DNA from: Hydrurus foetidus
Taxonomy: Eukaryota
Direction of reading: 5' to 3'
Length of the DNA stretch: 64,000 bases
NCBI GenBank assembly: GCA_900617105.1
Contig: UYFQ01000723.1
Span: 186,001-250,000 of the forward strand
The position numbers were made by a program, and so were the translations under genes. The notes beneath the pieces were generated by a model. The model did no database searches. It saw nothing but the letters and a program-made list of their open reading frames with translations, and was not told the DNA's origin. Of the stretch, positions 27,468-39,091 are shown piece by piece. The number at the start of each line of letters is the position of its first letter. The first letter of the stretch is position 1.

Positions 27468-28213
27468 ATGAAAAATAATTTAGTAAATTACTGTTTGCAC
27501 TTAGCTGATACAACCTTAATTCTATCTCACAGAAATAGTGAATGGTGTGGGCGTGGCCCAATTCTAGAACAGGATATTGCACTCACGAATATTGCATTAG
27601 ATCTGCTTGGACAAGCAAGGAATTTTTATCAGTATGCTGCAACGCTTATGGGTGCTGAGTTTGATGAAGACAGACTTGCTTATCTACGAAATCCAACGAA
27701 TTTAAAATCATCTTTTAGTTGAACAACCAAATAAAGATTGGGCACTAACAATTCTTCGTCAATTTTATTTCAGTTGTTACCAGCATTTCTTCTACACTGA
27801 ATTAAAAATAGCAGCGATGAACAACTTGCAGCTATTGCAACAAAGCTTTGAAAGAAGTTACTTATCATTTACGTTGGAGTAGTGAATGGGTAATTCGCCT
27901 TGGTGATGGAACAGCAGAAAGCAATAGTAAAATGCAAAATGCAGTTGAGGTTTTGAAAGATTATACAGATGAATTTTTGTAATAAGTTGAGTATGAAACA
28001 GAATTATTAAAGGATGTTGTAAGTATTGACATTAAAGCTATTCAAGCAAAATGGCAACAAAAATAAAGGATATTTTGAAGAAGCAACATTGAGTTTACTC
28101 GTTCAACCAATCCAAGAAATGGTGGTAAAGAAAGGAAAACATTCAGAACATTTAGTTTCATTACTTGCCGAAATGCAAACCTTGCAAAGAACTTATCAAA
28201 TAGCGTTTGGTAA
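27468..28213 (+). CDS. paaC: Phenylacetyl-CoA epoxidase subunit C
   Basis: LADTTLILSHRNSEWCG.GP.LEQDIAL.NIALDLLGQAR; KEVTYH; RLGDGT.ES. Confidence 0.93.
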
Positions 28214-28218
28214 TATTT

Positions 28219-28529
28219 ATGAACGAAAATTTTGAACCATATTACGCAGTCATTTTTACTTCAAAAAAGTTGAAGCAGAAAATAATTATGCTGATGTTGC
28301 AAAACAGAATGGTTGAATTGGCAGCTACTCAACAAGGTTTTATTGGTGTTGAATCTGCACGAAACGAAATAGGTATTACTGTTAGTTATTGGGAAAGTTT
28401 GGATGCCATTAAAAATTGGAAAAATAATGCTGAACATTTAATAGCACAACAACTTGGTAAAGATGTTTTTATCAATCTTACACAACAAGAATTTGCAAAG
28501 TAGAACGAGAATACAGTTTTCAAAAATGA
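28219..28529 (+). CDS. Antibiotic biosynthesis monooxygenase (ABM) family protein
   Basis: PYYAVIFTS, GFIGVESAR, GITVSYWESLDAIKNWK.NAEH..AQ. Confidence 0.85.
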
Positions 28530-29000
28530 TAACAACACAATCCATATCAACACAAAATTTGGAACATTCTTGAAACAGTTTGCGACCAGAAGTGCCAGTT
28601 TAACTATCACAGATTTAGGAATTGTAAGAGATGTCAAAACCATTGATGAACTTATAGAAGTCATTATCACACCAACATACACAGGCTGCCCTGCAATGGA
28701 TATGATTGCAATGAATATTCGTTTTGCACTCATTGAAAATGGGTATGCAAACATAAAAATTACATCCATTTTATCACCAGCTTGGACAACAGATTGGATG
28801 ACAGAAACAGGTAAACAAAAATTGAAAGAATATGGCATTGCTCCACCAAGGGAACGCTGAAACTATTGCTGTTGATGGTGTTGAGTGTCCTCAATGCAAA
28901 TCAATCAACACAATATGAATGAATTGGAAGCACAACTTGCAAGGCTTTGTATAAATGTGAAGATTGTAAAGAGCCTTTTGATTATTTTAAATGTTATTAA
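28526..29000 (+). CDS. paaD: Phenylacetyl-CoA epoxidase subunit D
   Basis: DLGIVR, TPTYTGCPAM, PAWTTDWMT, CPQC...CEDCKEPFDYFKC. Confidence 0.92.
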
Positions 29001-29010
29001 TTTCAACACT

Positions 29011-30177
29011 TTGTCTCACCAAAATTTCAAGCAGATAATATTTTTACTGGAACAGAAATGATCGATTCAACAATGTTTTAATTGCTGATGAAAAGATTAT
29101 TCAAGATATTATTGATGAAAAGAGATGCAGGTGAAAACATTCAAAAACATCAAATTATTTCTCCAGGCTTTATAAATTGCCATTGTCATTTAGAGCTAAG
29201 TCATTTAAGGTATGATTCTGAGCATACGGGAATGGTAGATTTTATTTTAAATATTATGCAAAATAGATCATCTTCTGAAGAACTCATTCAAGATGCTATT
29301 GAAAAAGCAGAAGATGAGATGATAGCAAATGGCATTGTAGCTGTTGGCGATATTTGCAACACAACTAACACCATCAATCAAAAGAAAGACAAATTATACT
29401 ATCATAATTTTATAGAAATCTCAGGGTTTGTGCCTCAATCTGCACAACAAAGATTTGATGCAGGATTAGAGGTTTACAACGAATTTGCAAATCATTTTCC
29501 TCATAACTCAACACTTGTTCCTCACGCTCCTTATTCTGTTTCAAACAATTTATTTGAGCTGATTAGTAACGCTTCTAAAGATAAAATTTCAACAATTCAT
29601 AATCAAAGAAAGTAAAGAAGAAAATGAATTTTTTGAGCAAGGAAACGGCAATTTTGAGGCTTTATAAAATCTTGGGCATTGATATTTCATTTTTTAAACC
29701 ACAACATAAATCAAGCCTAGCAAGTATTGCAAATCATCTTACAAAAGCATCAAAAACAATATTGGTTCACAATACTTTCACTTCAAAAATGATATTGAAA
29801 TATTAAATTCTATATCAGAAAACACAAAAACACAATTTTATTTCTGCATCTGCGTTTTGAGCTAATACATACATTACCAACTCTTTTTCAAGTGAGGTAT
29901 TGTTTGGCACAAAATTGGATAGTATAGTTTTGGGTACAGATAGTTTAGCAAGCAATCATACATTAAACTTATTAGCTGAAATTGAATTTATGAAAAACAA
30001 ATTTCAAATCTTTCTGAAGTAGATTTACTTCGCTTTGCAACATCAAATGGGGCAGCTGCTTTAGGTATAGAAAATAAATATGGCAGTTTAAGCGAGGTAA
30101 GCAACCAGGAATTATTTTAATTGACAAGTATTTAAAATCATCCCAATCACTTATCTCAACAAAATCAATTTTTATGA
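29011..30177 (+). CDS. Metal-dependent amidohydrolase
   Basis: PGFINCHCHLELS, PHAPYS, IHNQE, LGTDSLASN. Confidence 0.85.
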
Positions 30178-30442
30178 GTAAAATATTTTCACTTGGTTCT
30201 CTGTTCGTAATGATTATTTTTTTGGTATTAACATATACCACTTCCATTTTCAAGTAAACGTAACCGAGACAGATAAATTCGGATTCCCATTTGTATTTTA
30301 GTGCTGCAAACAATGGAGAAGTAGTAAATGTGACACACTTTTCAGCACTTGCTTTGCTAGCGGATTTAGGTGTTTGTGCCATCTTAGCAATGGGTTTGGT
30401 TTATATTTTATCGCATTTTAAACCAACAAAAATCAGCCTTAA
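30174..30442 (+). CDS. Small hypothetical membrane protein
   Basis: Stitched: MSKIFSLG...FGFPFVFF...LALLADLGVCAILAMGLVYIL. Confidence 0.45.
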
Positions 30443-30470
30443 CACAATAAGCTTCGGTTGTTTTATAAAT

Positions 30471-30501
30471 AAAAAGCCGATTGTAAAACTAATCGGCTTT
30501 T
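30471..30501. terminator. Terminator hairpin between convergent genes
   Basis: AAAAAGCCGATT...AATCGGCTTTT. Confidence 0.7.
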
Positions 30502-30508
30502 CTATTTA

Positions 30509-31053
30509 TTACAATGATAATGGTGGTGGCCCATCTTCTGGATCATCTTCTCTTGGCGGTTTTCTCCATTTGGTGGTGGACGATGATGTGTGTGTTCTTG
30601 TTTTGGGGCTTGCATTTGCATTGCTTGGGCAATAACTTCATCAAATTTTATTTGTTGTTGTGGTTACAAATTGCCCTTACTTGTTTAAAATGGCTAAACG
30701 TAATTTCGTCAATCTTTCTATTTAACGAAGCAATAGAATCTAATTTTTGATGAACATTAGCATCTGCAACGCTAGAAACTTTTAGCAAATCAAAAGCGAA
30801 TCTTTATTACTTTTTAGCTGCATACGCAATCCTTCAACACTATTTCTATGTAGGTCTCTTAGTTTTGATACTCATTTTCTGATTAGAATCTAAAGCTAAT
30901 TCTTTCACGAGAAAAGCAAATGCTCCTCCATTTTGTGGTGGTGGTAAATGATGCTTATTTTTCCAATAAAAGAAAAACAATTGTTGCAGCATTAATTAGC
31001 AATAACAAAATAATGATTGCACCAAACCATCTGCTTTTATTATTTGTGTTCAT
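30509..31053 (-). CDS. Spy/CpxP-like periplasmic protein
   Basis: N-terminal TM, PPPQ..FLVKELALD..Q, TFSHFKQVRAIC...QQ.KFD, His/Pro-rich tail. Confidence 0.7.
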
Positions 31054-31077
31054 AATATTAGTATATTGTATTATTTA

Positions 31078-31363
31078 TTAATTGGTAATCATTGGTAAAG
31101 CTTTCGATTGTTGAAGGCTGAATTTTACTATAATTATTACTACCATTTTATTTGCATTGATGTTAATTAAATAAAGATTAATGCTTGAAAAATAACTAGT
31201 GAAGCAATTATATAGATAGGTTTTTACATTAAACCAAGCTGCATTTTGCTTTAGTAATTGTTGTTCCATTTTAGCCCTCAATCTTGTTTCAAAAAGGAGG
31301 AACCTCAGCTTGTCTAATGTCATCAAGGCTTTCAATAACTGTATTTATTTTAAAAGTATTCAT
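31078..31363 (-). CDS. Small anti-sigma-like membrane protein
   Basis: Follows an ECF sigma; FETRLRAKM, single TM. Confidence 0.55.
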
Positions 31364-31380
31364 TGATTTTATTTTAATTA

Positions 31381-31930
31381 CTATCTGTGTAATGTTTACT
31401 TAATGTTTTCTTAAATTTTCTTTAGCTCTGTGCATTAATCCTTCAATAGCTTTTCACTTACGTTCAAGATTTTAGAAACTTCGGTGTAGCTTAAACCTTC
31501 GGTTTTAATTAATACAAAAGCAACACGTTGATTTTCTGGCAAAGTCTTTATTGCTTTAAATAACATTATGGCATCTTCCTTTTATCCAACTAATTCCAGG
31601 ATGATTAAAGTCTGGCACTAATTCCTCAACTGATTTTTCCAGCCCAATCATATTTTTAAAGGGTTGATTCTTTTTTTTGGCTTTTACTTCTTTCAAATCT
31701 AGTGATTTTGTAATGTAACTGATAAATCCGTGTTGAAAGTTTAGCTTCTGATCTAAACCCTTCAATGCTTTGATAAACTTGAATAAAAGCTTCCTGTGCA
31801 ACATCTTCAGCCTCTTGAAATTGTTGCACAATACCTAATCAGTATTAAAACCATATTTTTATAGGTTTGTACAAGCAAGTTAAAACCAGCTCACCTTTTT
31901 TAATTCATAAATCAATTGATTTTCGTTCAA
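31381..31930 (-). CDS. ECF sigma factor
   Basis: EAEDVAQE.FI, YITKSLD, LPENQRVAFVL..TEGLSYTEVSKIL. Confidence 0.85.
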
Positions 31931-32043
31931 TATCTTTTGGTTTAATTATTAGAAGAAGAAACTTTTAAAACCTTTGTTTAGCAAAATAATAACAAATCGT
32001 TCCAACCTTTTATCAACCTTTACTCCTGTTAAAATAAATACTA

Positions 32044-32584
32044 GTGGCTTTAGAACAACACATACAAACAGCAATTATTGGCAAAGCAAAATTGGGCGAT
32101 GAACCACCTTTGAGGTTGCTTTATAATAATTATAACAAAACAATGTTTAGTATTTGTTTAAGAATAGTTGCAACAAAAGATGATGCTGAAATTTATTGCA
32201 AGAGGCTTTATTATCGCTTTTAAAAAGCATTAATCAGCTAAAGGATGATAGACAATTTGCTGGTTGGTTAAAAGAATAACGGTCAATAGATGCATTAGAT
32301 TTTGCAAAAAGATTGCAAACTAACGGTTGGGACGATATAAGTTTCGAGAAAATTGAAGATGAAACGCATTGGTGGCAAGATGTTAGTTTATCAACTTTAC
32401 ACAGCAATTAGAAATTTGCCAGAAGGTTGCAGACAAATTTTTAATCTTTTGCAATTGAAGATTATAGCCATAAAAGAAATTTCAAACAGTTTAATAATAG
32501 TGAAAGTACCAGTAAAAGCCAATATCACAGAGCAAGGAAATTATTGAAAGAGCAAATACTAATTAAAATAAAAACAATGGATGA
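32044..32584 (+). CDS. ECF sigma factor (heavily frameshifted)
   Basis: MFSICLRI, FAGWL, LPEGCRQIFNL, SESTSKSQYHRARKLL. Confidence 0.8.
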
Positions 32585-33298
32585 GTTAAAAAATATTTAC
32601 AAACTAATGCTTCTTATTTTGACGAAGATCTACCAAATACAAGAGTTGCAAAACATCAAACATCAAATTCAACCCCAAAAGAAGCAGCCTTAGTGCGCTT
32701 TCTACAAAATATTGTGTTGCTGCTTGTGTTGTTTTCTTGGCAGGAATTGGTGCTTGGCATTTGTGCAAAAGACGCAACACACTGAAGTTTTCCAAAATAA
32801 TCAGTTAACTATCATTGATTCAAACAATCAAAAAGATAGTGATGTAATTAACCAAGGACCATGAATGCTCCTGTGTGCAGTTATAACGTCAACTACAAAA
32901 AATATTGCTAAAAATATTATTAGATACACAAAGTTTGTAAATAACACTATAAACAATGAATTCGAAATATCACCAGCGACATTTGAGGTAGAAGCATAGA
33001 TAGTCAGTTTAGTCAAGCAATTACTCAAAAAGAATTGTTAATCGACATGCCTTTTTTGCAGAAGCCCTGCCTTTTTTAGATTTTATTTCCAGGCTATCTG
33101 CAAATGGAAAATGATGAAAAAAATAGAAGGACATCATAAAATTGATTTTCTCCCAATTTATTAGAGCAGCTTATTATGGAAATCAACAAAGATTGAATTT
33201 GCTAAAACTGCTACTAACAGAATCAACAAAACAAATAATAGGTTTAAACAAAATAGAAATCTGATTGATGCTATTAAAACTTATTTCATGAAATTTAA
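32577..33298 (+). CDS. Probable anti-sigma/hypothetical protein (degraded)
   Basis: MDELK start overlapping the sigma stop; TM YCVAACVVFLAGIGAW. Confidence 0.5.
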
Positions 33299-33321
33299 AA
33301 CATCATATCTAAACAATAAAT

Positions 33322-34503
33322 ATGAATTATCTTAAAATTGTAACTACACTCATTAGTGCTAGTTTATTAACTAGTTCAATAGCCCAGACTCAAAGTCGCT
33401 CTAGTGGTAGAAGTTATTCAAAAAATTAATTGGACAAGACAATCGGTTTGATGAATTAGAGAAAAAAAGGAAGAGTGGTTATAAAGAGTTAGTGTGGAAA
33501 TACCAATTAGTAAATTGGTTGATATTTCTATATGAAAATACCAATAGAACAATTGAAATAAAAACTTGGGATGAGCCAAAGTAAAATTATTACTACAACT
33601 TTTTTTGATGGTACTGTTAGCAATCTTAGTAGTGAAGTTTTGTTCGAAAACTGAATAAGTACCAAACTACTTGGCAATTCTTTAAGAATTAAAGTGGTAT
33701 TCTAAGCAGTATAAGCACCAATACGCCATCTAATCGAGAAACCATAGAAGTGTATTCAGTTGATGGAAAGCAAGTAAAAAGTGAGCCAGCAAAAGGAAAA
33801 TAGTAACAATTTATGTTCCCAAAGGAACAAGCTTAGTATAGTGAGTAAATATGCCGATGTATCAGTTACAGGTGCTTAAAAAATGAATGTTGATATTACA
33901 AACGGAAGTTTAGAATTAGGCAATATTAATTCTTACACTCCGTTCAAAATATGCTAATGTTAATATCAATGAAGTTCAAAATGGTGAAATTGATTTTATA
34001 AATGGCAAACTTTCAATACAAATTCTGGTGAAATAGAATTAGATACAAAATATTCTACTGTTGAAGTTGGAAGTGTTAATAAACTAACCTTTAAAAGCAC
34101 CAATGACGAATATAGATGGAGAATGGCCAGCTATACTTGAAAGGTTCAAAAAATTGTAGTAGTTCGCATATATCCAAACTAACAGAATCAATACAACAGT
34201 GGAACAAATGCTTGATGATAAAATCAAAAATATTGGTTCCCCAAACAAAATCTATTTGGATTAACAATAAATGCCTTTGGTTACATCATGGTAGGGCTTT
34301 AATTGCTTGCGATGGGTATATACAGCACTATCTATAAAAATTTGAAGCTATAACAGACGAATCAAATAAGAATATTGGTATAGAGACTGATGATTCTAGA
34401 ATAACAACAGGATATACAAGTTCAAAATTTAAAGCAAAAGTTGGACTGAGGAAAGATGCAAAATTATAATAAATATCAAAATTGTACTGTGGATTTTAGG
34501 TAG
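33322..34503 (+). CDS. Hypothetical secreted protein, DUF4097/adhesin-like beta repeats (degraded)
   Basis: Signal peptide; IEIKTWD; repeated SKYADV/SKYANV/TKYSTV. Confidence 0.5.
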
Positions 34504-34589
34504 TATGAGTGGATTAGGTTCACCCCTAATAAAGCTATCAGATTTGGAAACTTTATTGTTCATGTCTTCTAATTTTATAGAAAGAATAT

Positions 34590-37530
34590 AAATACTTTGC
34601 AGCTACTAATAGTTTATCGTTAAAATAAAAATATTTCATGATTATCAATAATACTAATAAAATAGTTTCCATTAGTGCTTGTTGCATCTATTGAGATTTT
34701 TGCCCGATTATGGCATTATGAATCACTTTGCATCTGGTAACACCCTTCGGGTCAGTGATAGGTACATAATTTGGAATATTATTTTTTCTAGTTCTATTTC
34801 AATCATGGATTTTACAAGGATTTTATAAAAGTTATTACACAGGAATTTTTTATCGCTAACTTTTTATGCTAACGTTGCTGTGGGTAGATTTTCCCTGTTT
34901 CGATTCATAAAACGATAATAAATAACTTTCAATCCTTCAAATTATTGTCGATGTAGTTATACTCTTGCTGATTAACAATATTTTTAGATGTAATTTCACC
35001 AACAATTTCTACTTTTTCAAAATTTGGCAGAAACCGATTTTTCAAACGTACTTTTATAATGCCAATTTCGTTGGCTACAACCGTTTTGTTTTTACTAAAT
35101 CCGCATTATAAAAGACATCAAAAGATATTAATTTGATGTAGTAGTACAAACTACTGTAGATGTATTTGTATGATTTTTGCATTTGTTCTTCTACCATTTG
35201 CCTGATTTGGGCGAGTTTTCCTCTTACTGCAAACCAATTTTCATCAGAGTCAAACCCGATATAACAACATTAGTATTTTGGTGTGCTGCTTTCCATATAC
35301 TTGCTACCAGGTTTAAAACATCATATTCTGCAGCTCCTGGCACTGCTGTCCAAGTAATTTTGAAGTTCCTTCTGCATACTTGCGTAAAACTTACATTAGC
35401 AGGAATACAATATTACAAAAGTTGTATCACTGCGTCTGATGCTCCATTTCTGGAAACCTGATTTTTGCTGACTTGGAAATTGTATTTGGAACTGTCCAAT
35501 CATAATATGCAAATAATCTGATACGCCGGCAGCTATGGTATTCCAGGTTCATCCATTGTTGTATAATCAATGTCAAAGGCATCACCAGAAGGAGTTGCAT
35601 CCCACCTAATTCGTTGAGTCTCCAATGGTGCAAATGATTCTCCGCCAAAAGGGTAAACCACATCTATCTTATCAGTGTACAAATATTCATATACAACATA
35701 TTTTTGTGGTCCTTGTGGTATAGTTGCCCCATTTACAGACAAAGTGTAGATTCCAGAGGTGGGATTATCCAATTGAATTTGTTCAACATTGTTTACATTA
35801 TCAATGGCTTTAATGCTGCAGCATTGCACCAGCTTTGTTGGAGTAGTTCCAATATTCAAAACCAAGGTAAAGTAATGCTATTGTTATTATCAGTAATTTG
35901 AGAATTTAGGTTATAACCAAAGCTTTAGTGGTGCTTGCCTTCCAAAATCACTCAATAAACCATTATTTTGCTATAGCAACATTCGTTGGAATATTGATTA
36001 TGTGTGTATTTGTAGTTCCTTGTGTAACACTTCCTGTAAAGTATCTATTTTCTTCAAGACAATTCACTGCTCTACGAAGGTTAATTCACCAAATCCATAA
36101 ATAAAGTCTGGTCCCTCATTTCCAAGATCATCTGCAGTATTCATTACGATAGCTTTCATTAAAGCTCCGTCTGGATTAGCTCCACCAAACTTATTCTTGT
36201 ATGCGTTATACATAAGTGCCAAATCTCCAGAAATTGCAGGGCAAGCCATTGAAGTTCCGGAAAAACAGCAAAATCATTATCGCTGAGTCGAGTTCACTAA
36301 ATCACCCACAGCAGTAATCTCAGGCTTTATTCTGCCATCTGGTAACGGACCTCTGCTACTTGTTGGATCAATAACATCACTTTTGTCTAAGTTTCCAACT
36401 GTTAGTACATTCTTTCCAGCCTTGAATCCGCCTGTAATATTTCTAAACCCATTAATACCACCACAGCTTGATGTTCCGGAATTTCCTGATGAATGTACAT
36501 ACATTAATGATGGAAAAGTATTCATAATTTCATCACTAGTTTGAGCATTGCTGTTATACCCACTATTGCAGGATTGTCCAAGAGAATGTGAGACAATTCA
36601 ACACTATCATCATCATAAATTCCAGGAAATAATGTGTATGGTGTATAGTTATCATAAGCTCTTAAATCTGCACCACGTGCTTGACCAAAACAGGATTGAA
36701 ATTACCAGCTCCCAAAATAATTCCAGCTACGTGATCTCCACGTATTTCCAGCAGATACATCTGTAGCATTACTCAGTATTCTACCAGTAAATCTATATGT
36801 GGACCAATATAGCCATCATCGCCCACGGCAATAACAATTCAGTTCCATCAATTTTTCCTGTTATCCAGTTATCACTTGTTTGAATAGCACCTACTCGATG
36901 GTTTGAAACTGCTGCAACATCTTCTATAATCGCAGGATGCGTTATTGGCTCTATATAATTTACTATTGGTATTGTGGCTATTTTCTTAAGATTCTCTAAA
37001 GATGTTTTAAGAAACAATACCGACTGTTTTCGAATCGATGACATTAAATGAAATGCTAAATTATTTGCAGCAATAATTTTTTCCGATGAATATTCCTTAA
37101 TATAACACACGTTTATTTTTAACTCATTATCACTGGCAACAGCCCAAGCAATTTTGAAAATCATACATAGAAAGAATGTATTTTGAAACTGGCAACTGTT
37201 GAGTGACTGCATAACTCCGAATGAATATAATTTTGTGAAATCATATTCATTCGGAAATGAAGCAATATATGTATTATCAGGTAAATAACTATAAAACCTT
37301 ATGCAGATTCAATTAGTTTTTGCTTCACATCTTGAGATGGTAGTTTACTAAACTGTAACCAGAGGAAATATCTGTTATCAAACAAGCAACTATTAAACGA
37401 TGATCTACTATTAGATGGATTAATAGCTGGGGTATTGTTGGTAAAATCACCAGAATGAATGCTAACAACAACTTGAGATTTCAAATTGAGGCAAAAGAAA
37501 CCAAAAGAATAAAGAAAATAATTTTTTCAT
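34590..37530 (-). CDS. S8 (subtilisin-like) serine peptidase with probable T9SS CTD
   Basis: [H]GDHVAG, SSGNSG, SSRGPLPDGRIKPEI, GTSMACP, DNVNNVEQI; degraded CTD-like tail (NGNYFISI); 3' end approximate. Confidence 0.85.
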
Positions 37531-37572
37531 ATCATTAATTTATAATAGAGCAATAAAGATAAAGTTTTTAAT

Positions 37573-37606
37573 AAAAAAGCTGCTATTATAGTAGCAGCCT
37601 TTATTA
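37573..37606 (-). terminator. Terminator after susD-like gene
   Basis: AAAGCTGCTA-TTATAG-TAGCAGCCTTT. Confidence 0.6.
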
Positions 37607-37616
37607 AATTAGAATA

Positions 37617-39063
37617 TTAATATCCAGGATTCTGTGTCAAAACCCTTTGCTTAAATCTATTTCTCTTTGTGGAATAGCTAGAATAGAAATGATTGTCTCC
37701 AAAATTTTGAGTATTAAGTATTGTAGTACCGTCACTATCCATTTTGTTTGTAACATTCTTTTTATTTCTCATCAAATCCCAAAATCTATGCCCTTCAAAT
37801 GCTAATTCAATTCTTCTCTCTCCTAAAATGGCATCAATTAGTTCTTGATATGTTGTAAAAGATGCAGTAGTATAGGCAGGAGTAGTGGTGGCCTAGCTCT
37901 GTTCACACAAGATTCAATTACTTATTGCATCAGCATCGATTGTTTAGAATCTTTACTGAAGCTTCTGCATAAGTTAATAATACTTTGCATATCTCAAAAC
38001 AGGTGCAAAATCTGCACTAGTACCAACTTGAGGATATTTGTTAGTGAATTTTTTGTAGAAAGTGCTCCTCGAGCCACTAACAATCATCAATGTTCTACGT
38101 TTATCGTCTAAAAGCAAAATAAGGTTTTAGCAAGATTCAAAAAGTAGAAGAAATTGGAAATCAGCTCTTCCTGTAGCCCCGTAATGCTGAGGTAGTGAAT
38201 TGTTTGTGTTAGGATTATCCGTAGCACTATTAGGTATAGACCAAACAGTTTCTGGAGTTTGATTTTTAGCAGCAGACCCAAAAGCAGCATTAACAGTTGA
38301 ACCTAGACTGCTTCCATAAACACCATAATTAAATCACCAGCATATTTTTGCGTTAACAAAATCTTCTTTAAAGATAATTTAGTTAACAATGCCGCTGCTG
38401 CTGCCTTAGTTGCACGAGTTTTTGTTGAATAATTATCTCCATAAGCAGTAGGTAAGTCCGTTATAGCCTCTTTCAAATCCTTAATCATAGCATCATATGC
38501 TTCAGCTACAGTTGATCTTGGAATATTTGCAGATGCTGGTGATGTATAAGACTTTGTCATTAAAGGAATTCCTGTGTGTTGCCCTGTTGAAAACACATAA
38601 GGCTGTGCAAAAAGTTAACTAAATAGAAATTTGCAACAGATCTCACAAATTTACCTTCAGCTATATACCCACTAGCAACTTCGGGAGCAACAATACTACT
38701 GTATTTAGTTACACCTTCAATGCAACGATTAGCTTCTCCAATAGCTAAATATGCAGAAGACCAAACCGCACTCGAAGTACCGTTAGCTGCAGAAAGATTG
38801 AATCTAGGTAAGTCTCCAAAATAACCTTGTCTGTCAAAATATCTTCTCCTAGCAAATCAACATAAGCTAATGCACGACCAGATAAAAATTCGGCACTTTG
38901 CAATCTATTGTATGCCCCAACCATTGCAGCATCCATTCTTTCTGGTGTTGAAAACACAAGATCAAAGTAAATGTCTCATCGGATTCAAATTATAGATCTC
39001 TTCCTTCTTGCAAGATGAAATCAATTGTTATTCCCAATAAACTTTTCAATATTATTTTTTCAT
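37617..39063 (-). CDS. RagB/SusD family lipoprotein
   Basis: Lipobox ISSC; AEGKFVR; RYA..L..AEA; ERRIELAFEGHRFWDL; ends QNPGY. Confidence 0.92.
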
Positions 39064-39091
39064 AATTTTATTTTTTTATTTAATTAAACAA

